A DNA stretch of 64,000 bases from Azolla caroliniana (lineage: Eukaryota > Plantae > Polypodiophyta): contig JBHGNT010000009.1 in assembly GCA_043228905.1 (NCBI GenBank), forward strand, positions 3,658,001-3,722,000, given 5' to 3'. Below are positions 1 through 13,500 of this stretch, piece by piece (position 1 is the first letter of the stretch; every line of letters begins with the position of its first letter). A program made the position numbers and the translations under genes. The notes under the pieces are model-generated. The model saw nothing but the letters and a program-made list of their open reading frames with translations. It was not told the origin of the DNA and did no database searches.

Positions 1-539
1 AGAGAAAGTGTTATGTGCATAACCATAATTGATCATGAGATAGGTTTTTTGTAGTTTCCCCTAATCTTATGATGAATACATATGGGTTAATTCCGAAATG
101 AACGAGGTTATGAGTAGAATTACAATTCTACAATGAGAGATAAACTATTAAGTGTGTCATCACTGGACAACTTCACATGAAGTGTGAACACCCTTGGGCC
201 TAGCGTTTTTGCCTATATAAGAAGCCTTACTACCTTCTTCTAAGGGGAGGCTTGACTTATGTCGAGACTATGTCAATGTGGCTATAAGATGTCACAAACA
301 TCTACACTTACTACCAATGGGCCTCCATTTGAGGGAGGTATGAATCCACAAGGTCGACTAACCCCGCCTCCTAGATAAATCACCACAAGGTTTTCATTGA
401 GATTATATTCAACCCTGAAAGAACCAACACATGATTGTGTAGAAGATGCGAGTGTGTCTGTATTATTTTTGCACCTAGTAGATCTAAGGTCGTGCTAATC
501 GTTAGTTTAATTATGATATCTAACAAACCTTTTGCATGT

Positions 540-950
540 CCTAACCAACTAAAAACAAGATAGGACAAAAAATTATCGACCACTGAATGACACTAAACTT
601 TACCTCAAAAATACAAACCGTTCACCACCCTCTTCTTTTGGCATCATTCCGGTGCCGTTATTACCTGGAGCAATTAGGCATAAAATCCTCAACATCATAT
701 CCTACACGTTATAGATATGAGGCCGTGCCAACCATCGGTTGGTTATGACATCTGACACGCCTTTTGTACGTCCTACCTAACAAAAACAACAAAAGTCAAG
801 AAATTATCGACCACTAAAATGACACTAAACTTTTCCTCAAAATACAAACCTTTCACCACCCTCGTCTTCTGGCGTTTTTTGGTGCCATTATTAAATTGAG
901 ACCTATTACATAGACAATTGGGGATAAAATCCTCAACATCATATCCTATC
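540..950. repeat. Imperfect tandem duplication (~235-bp period), origin unknown
   Basis: Blocks AAATTATCGACCACT..ATGACACTAAACTTT..CTCAAAATACAAACC..TTCACCACCCTC..ATAAAATCCTCAACATCATATCCTA occur at ~570-703 and ~801-948. Confidence 0.7.
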
Positions 951-1699
951 ATGTTGTTAGAAACACTTGCTTGGCCCATAGAGGTACCATCCATGCAAAG
1001 AGTATACAATTATATTGCAAAAGTCAAGATTATGCATGATCATAAATTGCCCAAACAAGCTTGGAACATAGGATGTGTAAGGTATAAAAAACTAATAAGA
1101 ACAAAATCCTCTCATATGCCTAGGTGCTTGACATTATGAAATGGTTTAAGAGATAGGGGAGTAAAAGATCTATTGGAGCTCCTAGGTGATGCTATGAAGT
1201 ATGTGATAGAGGATAGATTGCTAGTGGCATTAAGGATGAAGTTGCAAGATGCTAAAATGTCAAAATTGGATATTACATTGCAAATATTAACCCCTAATAT
1301 TGGTTCCGATACAAAGGGGAAAATGCGAGAACATATACAATCACATCTCACTACCTCCATGAGCCTTATCTCTTAAAGCGCCTTAATGCTTCTTTGAACT
1401 CTCTCACATAAGTTAGGTGTTGAGGTAGCATCATGGAATCATCATGTAACATGAAGATATGCAAGGTATGCAATGAAAATTTAGTGGCAGACGAATTCAT
1501 GAGAATATCATGACATGTTAGATGGGCATAATAATGTGAGTGTCCTATTCAAATTTCCACCAAGAAGGGGGAGCATATATGTGAATGCATGCATTATTTT
1601 CATATTGAGAGTTTTTGCTATAGAGTAGTAATTCCCCTTCTTAGGAAAGAGTTAAGTGCAAGATGATATGTTGATTTGGTCCCGTAGGTCAAATTTGGC

Positions 1700-1912
1700 C
1701 TCATCATGGACAATAAAATATCTATTCTATGCTCTATAATAAGTCTTGAATGTATCCCCATACCATTTCATAGAAGGGGAGATCTCCAGTGCGACTTAAT
1801 AATGTGGCACTCAACACTTAGATTATTTGGTACTTACATGACTTTGGCTTTCACATTTCCAAGTCAGATAACTCCCTCTATGTACTAGCCAACTCTCACA
1901 TTACTTACTACT
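1700..1912 (+). pseudogene. Decayed Ty1/copia RT fragment, host of complex A (continues after 27527)
   Basis: Translates GFHISKSDNSLYV at ~1846-1884, matching GFVTSKSDSYLFI of the copia RT at 32939-35623. The RT resumes right after 27527. Confidence 0.65.
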
Positions 1913-1942
1913 TGTTGTGACTTAGAGAGAGAGAGAGAGAGA

Positions 1943-4727
1943 ATTGAGGGATGAGCTCATAGATAATCAATGCCAATCCCATTTGTTTTTTCAAGTGTTA
2001 CATCCTATTTATACTCGATCTAATGTGGTACATGTGAAGCAAGGTGATGAATGGATTGTGGATCCTACTAAAATAATTGACATATGTGTTCATTACTTTA
2101 AGGAGTTGATTGGCCCACAATTGTTAATGACAAATGAGGTGAGTGGAGCACGTCATGAGTTTTATGATGTAGTTGGATGTATTGTGCATGACCTCATTAG
2201 TCATGAATTGGATGCAGATTTCACTGAGGATGAGGTGGACACAAATTTAAGGCATCTTCCTAGTCGTAAGAGTCCTGATTGGGATGGCTTGACAAATGAA
2301 GTTTTTAAGCGATATTCACACATTTTAAAGGGGCCCTTAACTTTGATGTTTCAACATTCTTGGGATTCTGGTCGTATGCCGCAAGCTTGGAAGGTTGGTC
2401 TAATTAAATTAGTTCCAAAGGTGGCATCTCCAGAGTCATTTCATCAATGAAGACCTATTTCTTTGATGGGGGGGTTGTATAAGATATTTACAAAGGTCTT
2501 GGCAAATAGATTACAAAAGTATTTGCCAAAGTTGATACATCCCGCCCAATATGGTTTTATTGCAGGTAGGAATATATTCATAATGTGTTGAATGTTCAAA
2601 TGGCCATGGATTATGCTCGAAACACTCATCAAGAATTGATTATGGTGCAATTAAATTTGGAGAAAGCTTATGATCATGTTAATTGGTCCTTTGTTTCTAG
2701 GTTAATGCATACAATGGGCTTTGGACCTTGTATGTCTCGCCTCATATTTTTATTAGGACAAGACACAGTGTCTCGAGTCATGCTTAATGGAGGAGTTACA
2801 TCAGATATTGCCCTTACAAGATCCGTTCGTCAAGGATGCCCTATTAGCCCGTTGTTGTTTGCTATTGTTACTCATCCCTTATTAGTGATGCTATCAAGGC
2901 TTGCAACAAATGGTGATATTGTGGGTCTACACCTTCTTTCTGGAGGGCAACTAGTTGCACAAGCTTTGGTTGATGATTCTTTCATGTTTCTACAAGCCTC
3001 ACAAGAGAATCTTGAGAAGGGGATGCTTGTATGGAACCAATTTGCATTGGCTTCTGGATTGCATATTAATTGGAGGAAGTATAGTCTCATATCATGTATT
3101 GAAAAGGATTTGGAATGTTTAGGATGGCAAGGATCCGTGGTGAAGAAAGGCTCTATTTTTCGACACTTGGGCTATCCATTAGGAATGAATGTTACAAATG
3201 GTCAATTGATTGAATGGATGTCTAGTAAGTTGAGGGATAAGTTCATGTATTGGAAATCACAATCTTGGCCATTTCATGTACTTTTGAAGGTTGTACAATG
3301 TATTATGGAGAAAGAAGGCTTTGCATTTTATTTTGCAACCTCTTCGATATTTGTTGTGGAAGAAAAGGGATAAGATGGGAATCACTTGGGTTGCATGGAA
3401 TCATCTAGCAATTCCTAAGCGCTTGGGGGGAGTTGGAGTATTGAACTTATCTAAGCATATGATGACTCGTAGATTTTCATTATTACAAGACATGTGTTCA
3501 AACTCACAACCATGGATATCTATTGTTCAATATTTCATTGAGAACAATGGTTTAACACATGGGAGGACAACAATTAAGGCTTCATTGTGGCAATTACTAA
3601 ATGGATGTATTTCACTTAGGATTCCGGGCTCTACATCTGTTCAACACTTGGTTACCTCATGGCAAGAAACACTCTTGTTATGTGTATGGAAACCATCATC
3701 TAGTAGAGAGCATTGTAATTCTTTGCAAAAAGAGTTACTTGTGTCTTCTCGGTTATTATGTTGGCCAGGAAAGGAGAGATTACGCTCTGAATTTAATCGT
3801 TTGTTTCATTTGGGGGTCAAAGAGGTGGGAGATATAGTTGAGGCTCCATCTCAAAGAATTTTGGAGTTTGTTGAAGCATGACAATTATTACGCATTCTGC
3901 CTAATTATGGGTTTTGGCAACAACTACGAAATATTCCATTGATTCAAGGTCCCTTACCTCTACAAACAAGAGAACAACCGTGGATTGATTGGTGTTTAAA
4001 GGGTCAAACATCGTTGTTACAAGTGACTACTAATCTTTTGTATCATTACTCTGTTGAGTCTCTTGGATGGTTATCATCTAAGGTTGAAGAAGAATGGAGA
4101 TTACACAAATTTGATGATGGGTGGTGGCAAATCTTACAACGTAGTTGGCATTCTAAATTGCCACTTGTAGCAAAGGTCTTCATTTGGAGAGTTTTGATTG
4201 GAGGGTTGCCTTTGGGATTAGCTCTAAAGTGTCATGGACTAGCAACGGGTAATTGCTTTTTTTGCACTGTTCAAATGGAAGATAATACTCATTGATTTAT
4301 ACAATGCCCAATTGCTTCTTAGATTTGGAGTTACATTTCTCAAATTTGGCAAGTTTTATCACGGTGTTATTTGACACCTAGACAGTGGGTGTTTGCACAA
4401 TTTACACAGGTGGACCCAAAGTCAGAGATGGAGATTGTTTTTCTATTTTTGAGATATTGGGGATTGCGTCATAATTTGAATATGCGCAACGCTTTTGTAT
4501 TCAATAGTAGACATGGAGTGAAAGCATATCTACGAAAGTTGAAGGGAGTACTAATGTGGCAATTTTCTTTATTGGAGCAAGTGGAAATCCTTTCCTTGGT
4601 GGAATGTTCGTCTTGCCTATTGGCAATTCAACATGTTCCATTACCCATGTAGTGTAGTGTAGTTAGTGGGTGACCATACTTCATGGTCACACCAATTGTC
4701 AGTAATATAATTGTGTGTTTTCATTAA
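1943..4727 (+). mobile_element. 5'-truncated L1-like LINE (degenerate ORF2: RT plus C-terminal zinc finger) inside a (GA)n tract
   Basis: ORFs 1944-2450, 2585-3373, 3291-3881, 3939-4295 and 4371-4652 carry KSPDWDGL, LEKAYDHVNW, VRQGCPISPLLF, LVDD, RHLGYPLG and CFFC motifs. Flanked by (AG)n at 1924-1942 and 4728-4751. Confidence 0.9.
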
Positions 4728-4751
4728 AGAGAGAGAGAGAGAGAGAGAGAG

Positions 4752-4855
4752 GCAAGATGGATGTAGCTTAGTTGGTAAGGTTGCTCAATGGAGACTAGGT
4801 GGTCATGGGTTCAACCCCTACATTCCACAGTGGTAATATATATGAAGTATATAAT
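4752..4855 (+). mobile_element. tRNA-derived SINE-like insertion (~100 bp)
   Basis: A box TAGCTTAGTTGG 4764-4775 and B box GGTTCAACCC 4808-4817 at tRNA spacing. AT-rich tail; flanked by GA repeats; absent from the other LTR-A copies. Confidence 0.6.
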
Positions 4856-4943
4856 AGAGAGAAAAAAAACTAGAAATGGAAAGGAGTTTATATTATAAGA
4901 GAAGAAGAAGTTGGAGACAAAGAAAAGAGAATTTGGTTCAAAC

Positions 4944-6055
4944 TATCATGACTCAGAGCAGGAGGGAGAGAGAGAAAGAAAACTAGAAATGAAAAGGAGT
5001 TTATATTATAAGAGAACAAGGGTTACAAAGAGTAGGCTACGGGGTTGAAGACTGGTGTTGAATTGAATGAGTTGTAATGAATGAATAGACACCTATTCAT
5101 AGGTCCTTATGGAGTATTTTAGAATGTTCTAGAATATTTTAGATATTTAAGATAATCATGGAATATTTTAGAATGTTCCAAAATACTCTAAATATCTTAT
5201 AATAACTGATAATATAATTATTATAACCATAGATTGACATATTCGCATTCGTGGGATTTTCCATTCGAATGCAAACGAATACGCATACATTCGTGTGGTC
5301 AAGTATTCGTTTTTAAAAAAAAGGAAAAAAAAGGAGGGAGTTCCTTTTAGTTTCTTAGGAAAAAAAGGGGGACTTGCCAATAAAAAGGGGATAATAAAAT
5401 AGAGAGTTCAGAGAGACTTGATAGTAATAAATTTTCATTGGAGATCTTGATTCTTTACCAAATAAATAAATAAAATAAAATAAATTTTCGCTTTATTTTT
5501 AATAAATAAATAAAATAAAAGAAAGGTTCATTAATTCTTCACCTTTTCTTTTTCCAAAATTTATGGATATTTTTACGTGACATTAAAATTGAGACTTCAC
5601 ATTAATCATGTTTTCATAGTAAATAAAAAAATATTCGTTTTTTTTAAATAAAAAAATCAATTATTTAAATAAAATAAAGGTTCATAAACTCTCCTCTTTT
5701 TTTATTTGACACTAGAAAGGAGAGTTTATACTAATCATATTTTTATAAATTATTAATGAATAATTGTTCTTTTTTTTAGTGAATTAAATTTATTTATTTT
5801 TAAATTAATTAATTAATTAATTGTTTGTATATTTATTTTACAAAACGAATGGTTTTTAAATATTCTTAGGGCCATTTTGTATTCTCGAATATTGAGAATA
5901 TCATGCATGGAGAATATGACGAATATCACGCATGTGTCAATCTATGATTATAACTATATATTATATATGTTATTATAATTATTAAAGGTTTAATATATAG
6001 ACTAAGAAGTTGTGGGTTCGAATCCTCGTAAGACATAGTGTATGTCTTCATGAAA
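4944..6055 (-). repeat. LTR of element A (middle copy, interrupted by a hAT MITE)
   Basis: Collinear with 27090-27527 once 5228-5946 is removed; PPT adjacent at 6056. Confidence 0.9.
5228..5946. mobile_element. hAT-type MITE
   Basis: TIR CATAGATTGACA/TGTCAATCTATG. 8-bp TSD ATTATAAC (5220-5227, 5947-5954). Subterminal ATTCG/CGAAT motifs. Empty site present in the sister LTR near 27420. Confidence 0.9.
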
Positions 6056-6079
6056 TTATCCCCCCTTTTCGACGACAAG

Positions 6080-7394
6080 TTCCATGAGTCGGAAGACAAT
6101 AATATTTCAGAGTTGGCTTGTGGGAATATTTGTTGTGAAATGCAACAACCATGTCAGAGGCATTAGAAAGATTCTCGTTAGGTTCCCATGTTCGATCATG
6201 AGGTGTATAACCTAACTAGTCAACCAAATAACATAGTTTGTTGCAGACGATCTTGGAGTCGAGAATGGCAACAACTTAATATTCAGAGCCATCAGAAACT
6301 TTGACTGGAGGTGGGAGAGATGTAAGACGACCCAGAATAGAGTTGGTTATGTAGGGCTTCAAATGTGAAACATGGAAGACCGGGTGAAGACACATATGAG
6401 GAGGAAGATCAAGGAGAAATGCCACATCATTGATCTTATCAGATATCATATATGGGCCAAAATGTTGATAATCCAGTTTGCAGTAAGGTTCGGTGGTTTT
6501 AATGCTACCTTGTAAGAGCTATACTCGGTCTCCCACTTGAAACGTAGTCGATGAATCACATCGATAATGGTCAACAGCCTTCTTTTGAGTGTTTTGAACA
6601 TCACATAAATGGTGCGAAAGGATATCTTGAATTTCTTGGAGTTGGGTGAGCCGATCTTCAGCAGCCGGGTTTGTCGGGAGTTGGGGATGTTCAAGCATTG
6701 TCCAACGAGGATGGTACCCAATGTTCCCAAAAAATGGGGAATATCCAGTAGAAGAATGTTTTGAGTTGTTGTAAGCAAATTCCGCCAAATGTACTAGATC
6801 AACCCAATCATCTTGTTGACAGTAACTGACAAAACAATGAAGATATTGTTCTACTGTTTGGTTGGTACGCTCACTCTGCCCATTAGTTTTTGGATGGTCA
6901 CCGAAAGAGAGTTTGCAAGAAGTATGTAAGAGTATGTAATGAACTAGGGACCCCGATCATTGATAATATCATCTGGAAGACCATGATGTCGAAACACCTC
7001 CCGCATGATTAACTCGGCTGTCTCTTGGCTAGTAATGGCCTTCATGCGGAGAATAAAATGTGCCATCTTCATAAAACGATCTACTACCATAAGAATAAAA
7101 TCAAAACCCTTGGAAGGTGGTACATCCGTAATGAAGTCCAATGAAATAGATTTCCATGGACTGTCAGGAATAGGCATTGCCTGTAATAAGCCATATGGAT
7201 GATGTCGAGGTGTTTTTGATCGGAAACATGTATCACAACTATGAACATAATCCGTAACAAAATGGTGAAGTTGTGGCCACCAATATCTTCGAGAAATTAA
7301 CGTGAAAGTCTCATGGATGCCGAAATTTCTAGCCATTTGTATGTCATGACATTGTTGCAAGACTTGGTGTTGAGAAGGACCGTCAGGCACATAC
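6080..7394 (-). pseudogene. Element A integrase and chromodomain (degenerate)
   Basis: ORF 6944-7390 (CHD..YWWP..CDTC..PWKSISLDFIT..VVDRF), AEFAYNN, and chromodomain-like ILDSKIVCNKLCYLV..GY..DRTWEP near 6180-6270. Confidence 0.85.
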
Positions 7395-7475
7395 TGTTAG
7401 GAATAGTACTGAGACAGAGAGGAGATTATTACTAAGAGATGAAGATTAATACTAAGAGGAAAAGAGGGTGTAGAA

Positions 7476-7534
<59 letters not shown>

Positions 7535-7759
7535 TGATGACAAAATATATATTATGTAGAAAGAATATACAAGGATAGCTAAGAGGCTTAAGACTGGCGT
7601 TGAACCAATTTGGTTCGAAATAATGCCTCATGCCTCCTTATATAGTGTTTTTAGGAGTACTCCTGAAGTTTCTAGAATGTTCCAGAGCAATTTGGAATAT
7701 ACATCAATTTTCTATAGTGAAATAATAGATGAAAACAATATTTTTTATATTACAATGTA

Positions 7760-7812
7760 TAGTCTAATGGTAAAAGCTCGACCCATGTAACATAAGGTCA
7801 TGGGTTCGAATC
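7760..7812 (+). promoter_or_regulatory. tRNA-type A/B box cassette in U3 of LTR B (second copy ~20944-20996)
   Basis: TAGTCTAATGG 7760-7770 and GGTTCGAATC 7803-7812; T8-to-T54 equivalent spacing 45 nt. Confidence 0.65.
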
Positions 7813-10599
7813 TTGCCATATCATAACATTATCCCCCTTTTAAAACGATGAGTGCTACGAGTCGTTTTGGATTGGGGACCCAGTTTGTCTAGATATTGAC
7901 AATGGAAGTCTTCAAGAAGAGCAGGAGCATTGGTCACATTCTCTATTGGTTCCCAAGTACGCTCGTTGGGACTATATCCTAGCACATCGACCAAATAGTA
8001 GGGCTTGTTGCAAACAATCTTGGAATCGAGGATGGTGGCAACTTCTTACTTAGGTCCATCTTCAAGTTCGATGGGGGTGGAGGTGGTTTGATACGACTTG
8101 GGATAGTGTTGTCCTGATAGGGTTCTAGAAGAGAACTATGAAATACCGGATGTATTCGTAATTGCGGCGGTAGATCGAGAAGAAAAGCGACATCATTAAT
8201 TTTTCCGATAATACGGGAAGGACCTAATCGCCGATAATCCAATTTATCGCATGGGCGAATAGTCTTGATGTGTCATCGTAATAGCCATACCCGATCTCCA
8301 ATGTTAAAACTGGATGGAAGCCAATGACGATCTGCATACTTCTTGTGTGTTTTTGAGCTTGATGTAAATGAGTAGATAAATCCACCCGTATCTTGCATAA
8401 CTGCTTCAAACAATCCTCTGTACAAGGATTTGTGAGTAACTTCGGAGTTTCAAATACACACCACCAGGGATGATAGCGCGTATAAGCATAAAATGGTGTA
8501 ACCTTAGTCGATGAGTGAACAAAGTTATTATACACAAATTCGGCGAAGTGGAGAATATCTGCCCAGTCATCTTGGTGATAGCTTAGGAAACACTGAAGAT
8601 ACTGTTCCAACATTTGATTTGTCCGTTTTGCTTTTCCGTCTGTTTGTGGGTGGTAACCGGAGGAGAGGTTACAAGTTACCTTGAGCATTTTGAAGAGGTG
8701 CTTCCAGAATTTTGAGACGAACCGAGGTCCACGGTCGCAGATGATACTATCGGGGAGACCATGATGCCGACATACCTCATGCATGACAGTTTTAGTGGTT
8801 TCTTCACTTGTGATTTCCTTAGTACATGGCAAGAAATGGGCCATCGTCGTATATCAATCTACTATTTAAGATCACATCGAATCCCTTAGAAACTAGAAGA
8901 CCTGTGATGAAATCTAGAGCAATGGATTGCCACGGCTTTCTTGGAATTGATAATGGTTCCAATAAACCATATGGATGATGTCTTGGCATCTTTGCTCTGC
9001 AACATGTATCACATGTCCGAACATAATCTTCGACAAATTGGTGCATATGGGGCCACCAGAATGATCGTTGTACTAAACCTAATGTTTTAGTACTACCAAA
9101 AGGCCCCAGTGTATATGTGTCATGACAATTTTGGACTACTCGAAGGCAACAAGAACCATTAGGAACATACAAGAGCCGCTTAAAGAATAGTAATCCATCA
9201 TGACATTCGAATTGTCGATAATCCGTACCTGGTTGTTGCGACTATGAACAAGATGCCCGAGAGGGGTCAAATTGTGCTAGAATGGATTGAGCAAAACCAC
9301 TTGTCTTCAAGTCCTCACGTATGGTATCGATAATGTGGGAATCCAATGGTATATCGAAAACCCGCGTTGCTTGCAATCATGCCAGTCCCAGGATTACTTG
9401 TTTTTGGTTATCGAATGCTGGCTCACCGGGATGCGGTGCTAGATACGAGCGTTGCGATAATGCATCTGCCTTCCCTTGCTGCTTTCCAGGATGATATGTA
9501 CTTTTGAAGTCGAAACGATTTAGGAATTGGGCCCACTAAGCTTGACGTTGATTTAATACACGAGCATTCTAGAAGTAGGCAAGATTTTTGTGATCACTGA
9601 ATATGGTGACTTGATGAGAAGATCCCTCTAGAAAATGCCTCCATTGCATAAAAAAGTCCACTATTGCTAATAGCTCTTTATCGTGAATTTCATAGTTGAT
9701 TTCGGCGGCGTTAAACTTGTGTGAGTGGAAAGCCACATGATGTAGCTTTTCAACATCGTCTTGTTGTGAAAGAATGCTACCCAAGGCGAAATCCGACACG
9801 TTGTCGCGTTGCTACACGCGTGCGTTGAGAAAGGGCGGGACCACGGGGGTCTTGGACTAAGGGGTAGAGGAGAAGGAGCAGAGCGGAAAGACAATGGACC
9901 CTCTTACACACGCACTGACACGGGAGCTCAAGGAAATCACAGTCCAACAACACAGCAAAACGAGACGACCAGAAGTCCGAGCATATGAACACGTATGTAT
10001 TTTAATACAAGTATAAATATCGAGACGGTTACAACTAACAGGACTGCAAGGCGAACACCGAAGCCTGTTCACTCACGCAAACAGAAGAGCGAGATGGAGA
10101 TTCTGCCGGAAGCACACGGGCGTTCCACAGGACAGAGTCAGCCTCCCGAGAGCCTGCGCTAAGAAGGCTATGGAGAACGACAGAGAAGAAGAGCTCGGTC
10201 CCAGTCCGACAACACTTCGTTCCCTCTAGCGCCCGATACCTTCTCCCCCCCGTCTCCCTCTCTTTTTATAGCTCAAGGAGGGAGGCCGCCTTGCCCGTTT
10301 ACATCACATTAATTCTCTGTCCTTTCAGACAGAGATAATCCTCGATTTCCCTTACAGAATATTGCTACCTAGGATTTAACCTTTGTGCCTACCTATTTAC
10401 TATACGACAAGGGACGTGCCCACGTGTAAGGGCCGGTTCACACACACTATACACGGTTTGCGCCTAGGGACGGTTTTCTTCACGACATCCGCCCCCACCT
10501 AACCGCGCAACCACCGGTATGCGCCAAAATTGTGTTCCTGCTTGGAGAAAACCGGTCCTTGCTTTTAATCCTCGTTGACCAGTTCGTCCCCCACCTCGG

Positions 10600-13500
10600 G
10601 CTGCTCGTCGTTGCTATCCGTGCCTTCGTGTCATTTCTTGAACGCTTTGATCCTCTTCCCCGCTACCGGTATCGCCATTCTCGTACCGTCGAGCTCCGCG
10701 AGATGGTACGTCCCATTACCGTTGGCGCCTGTTACTACGTAAGGCCCGAACCACCTCCTCGCAAACTTCCGCGTGGCCCTGTGCTGATTGTCGAGGCTGC
10801 TGTCGTGGACTAGCACCTAGTCGCCTTCCTCGATCTTCCTTGGCCGGAGCCGGTGTGTTCGGTCGAACCGGGCTTTGTTCCTTATCCTCACTACTCGAAG
10901 TCTCTCCACGGCCCGTTCTATGTCCTTTGGCCTCCACTCAAGCTGTCGAATCCGCGCCGCCAACAGTTCCTCCCGGCTCATCTCATCCCTCCAGTCCACC
11001 GTGGCCCACGAGGAGATCGTTCGCTCTGTTGGCATGATCGGCTTCTGTCCGAACATCAGCTCGGCCGGCATGAACCCGGTTACCTAACTGTGCGTAGTCT
11101 GGTCCGCCCACAAGGCATAAGGTAGCAGCCGTGGCCAGTCCCCGACTCGGCCTCCGCTCATCCGTACTAGCGCTTTGACAATTGGCCCGTGTCCGCGCCC
11201 ACCTTCTCGTTCGCCTCCGGATTGTACGCTGTGGTGAGCGAAAGTTTGACTCCTAGCCGGTCGAACAACTCTTCGGCCTCTTTTGCGTCCAACTCACCAC
11301 GGTCAGCCACGATCTTCCCTACGCACCCATATCGGCATACCACGTCCTCAATCAAAAACCGGCATACGGCTGTCGTCGTCTTGTTCTGCAGGGCTCGGCC
11401 TTCAACCTGGTTCGTTAGATCTTCTCGAGCCAGCACCAGATACCGCATCTGTCCTACCCCCATTGGCATCGTCACCAAATCCACCATCCACTTGAAGTGG
11501 ACGGTCGGAGGGTAGGTCGGGTGAAGCTCATCCCGGTGTCGGATCATGGAGTGCACCTGGCAGCTTTCGCAAGTCGTCACGAACCGATGCATGTCCCGGT
11601 ATAGTCCCGACCACCAGTACTTCCCCTTGAGCTTTTCGAACGTGGCCCACATTCCACGGTGTCCAGCCCACGGGCTATCGTGGTACGCCGCCAACAAATC
11701 CTCCTGTTCCCCCTTCTTCGCCACCACTCGGAGCGGGATGCCGTTCCTCTTCTTCGGGTGCTTCCAGATGTATCCGTCCTGGAGAAAGAATCGACAGGCT
11801 TTCTTCCGAATCCGGTTGGCCTCGTCCGTTGTCCATGCCGCGTCTGGTGTCATTGTTTTCAGGAACCCGCCGATCTGCAGCCACTCCCCGTTGTACTTGC
11901 TCTCGTCGAAGTCGTTAAGCGTTGGAGAGCATTCCCCGTTGGTCGTCACATAAGCCGCCTCGAAGAAGTCCACGCCGACTTCCTCGTCCTCTGAAACCAT
12001 GCCGCCGTCGTTTTCGAACCTCGCCCTTGAAAGCATGTCGGCCATGGCGTTGTCTTTCCCGGAAATGTGTCGTATTTCCGGATTCAGGGACTTGATGTAC
12101 GCTATCAACCTGAGCATTGCCAGGTCCGGCGTCGCGCATCCTGAAACCATGCCAAGAATTGGCAGGCAGTCCGTCTTGATAATTACCTCTGCCCCGATCA
12201 GGTATTCTTTATCGGCCTTTACCGTCGAAACGATACCCCAGAGCTCGCGTTTAACCTGGGCGTATCCTCGCTGTCGCTCGCTGAGGACCTTCGCGCCGAA
12301 TCGGATCGGGAAACACATGCCGTCCTCGTCCTTCTGGTTGACAACCCATCCGATCCCGGTTGGACTCGTGTCTACCGTTACGTAAATTGGAGTGCTCTTT
12401 CCGTAGACAGCCTTTCGGAGCGCCGGAGCCGCGGCAAGTGCTTCCTTCATCTTCCGGACAGACTCCGTATGCTCGTCTTTCCACTCGAATCTTCGTCCCT
12501 TTTTCAGCAACCCGTATAACGGCTCCGCGACGTGAGCGTAATGCGGGATCCATATGTGGTAGAACGCGCACGCTCCTAAGAACCTCCGAACCTCCGTGAC
12601 CGAGCTACAGTCGTCCTTCATCGCAGAGATGACATCTACCTTAGCCGGAGACGGCTTCCGGCTGTACAACTCGCATAGGTGTCCAACGACCATGATCTCT
12701 GCTTGCCCGAAGGCCGATTTTCCCCCGGAGAAGGTGAGCCTCGCGCCCTCCAACCCCTGTAGCACCTTCTCGCAGTCATGGATGTGCGTTGCCACGAATT
12801 TCCGGCACCCGTCCGGTCCGATCGTCTCATCCCTTTCCTCCACCGGGCATCCCTTGATCGGGACATCGTCCAGAAACGGCATGGTGATGTCCGGGATACA
12901 ATCCCTCAGCACCTTGTTCATTGCGTTCACCATGTGAGCCATCGAGTTCGTCCCTCCTTGCGGTAGGGTACACATCCGTACTAGGCCGAGAGGAGTTTGC
13001 ATTGTCGTGATGTCTCTGCTCTCTATGGCTAGCTGGAACTGATCGTACCCTGAGTAGAGATCACCGACCAAGTAAATCGACCTTCCGGCGAAGGCCTCTG
13101 TGAACTCGTCTATTGTCGGTCCGATTCCTGTGTTTCGAATGGTCACCTTGTTGACTGGCTGCAGGTCTTGAATAAAGCGTAGCGTGCCATCCTTCTTTGG
13201 CACGGTAAACCACCGATTCGAGTATGGGGCACTCGACGGTTCGAGGATTCCCATCTCGACCTTCTGCTTTAACAACTCCATCAGCTTCGGGATGTGAGCT
13301 CTGGGTACTGGAATCGGTTTGAGACTCCACGGCACATGCGGTACCGTGAATATCACCATTGGTTCCACGACTATCGGGTCTACACACCCGATCTCCTCCG
13401 GTGAGAATGCGAAAGCCTTCGCGTGCCTTCCGAGCATTTCTTGAAAACGGTCCTTTTCTGCCAGCAGTAGGAAGCCACCCCCACCGATTTTGAGCTCGCG

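Noticed and set aside
4757-4827. Functional tRNA gene
   Set aside because: A/B boxes are present but the anticodon arm does not pair and the acceptor stem is imperfect. The same holds for the LTR cassettes, so they are treated as tRNA-derived only.
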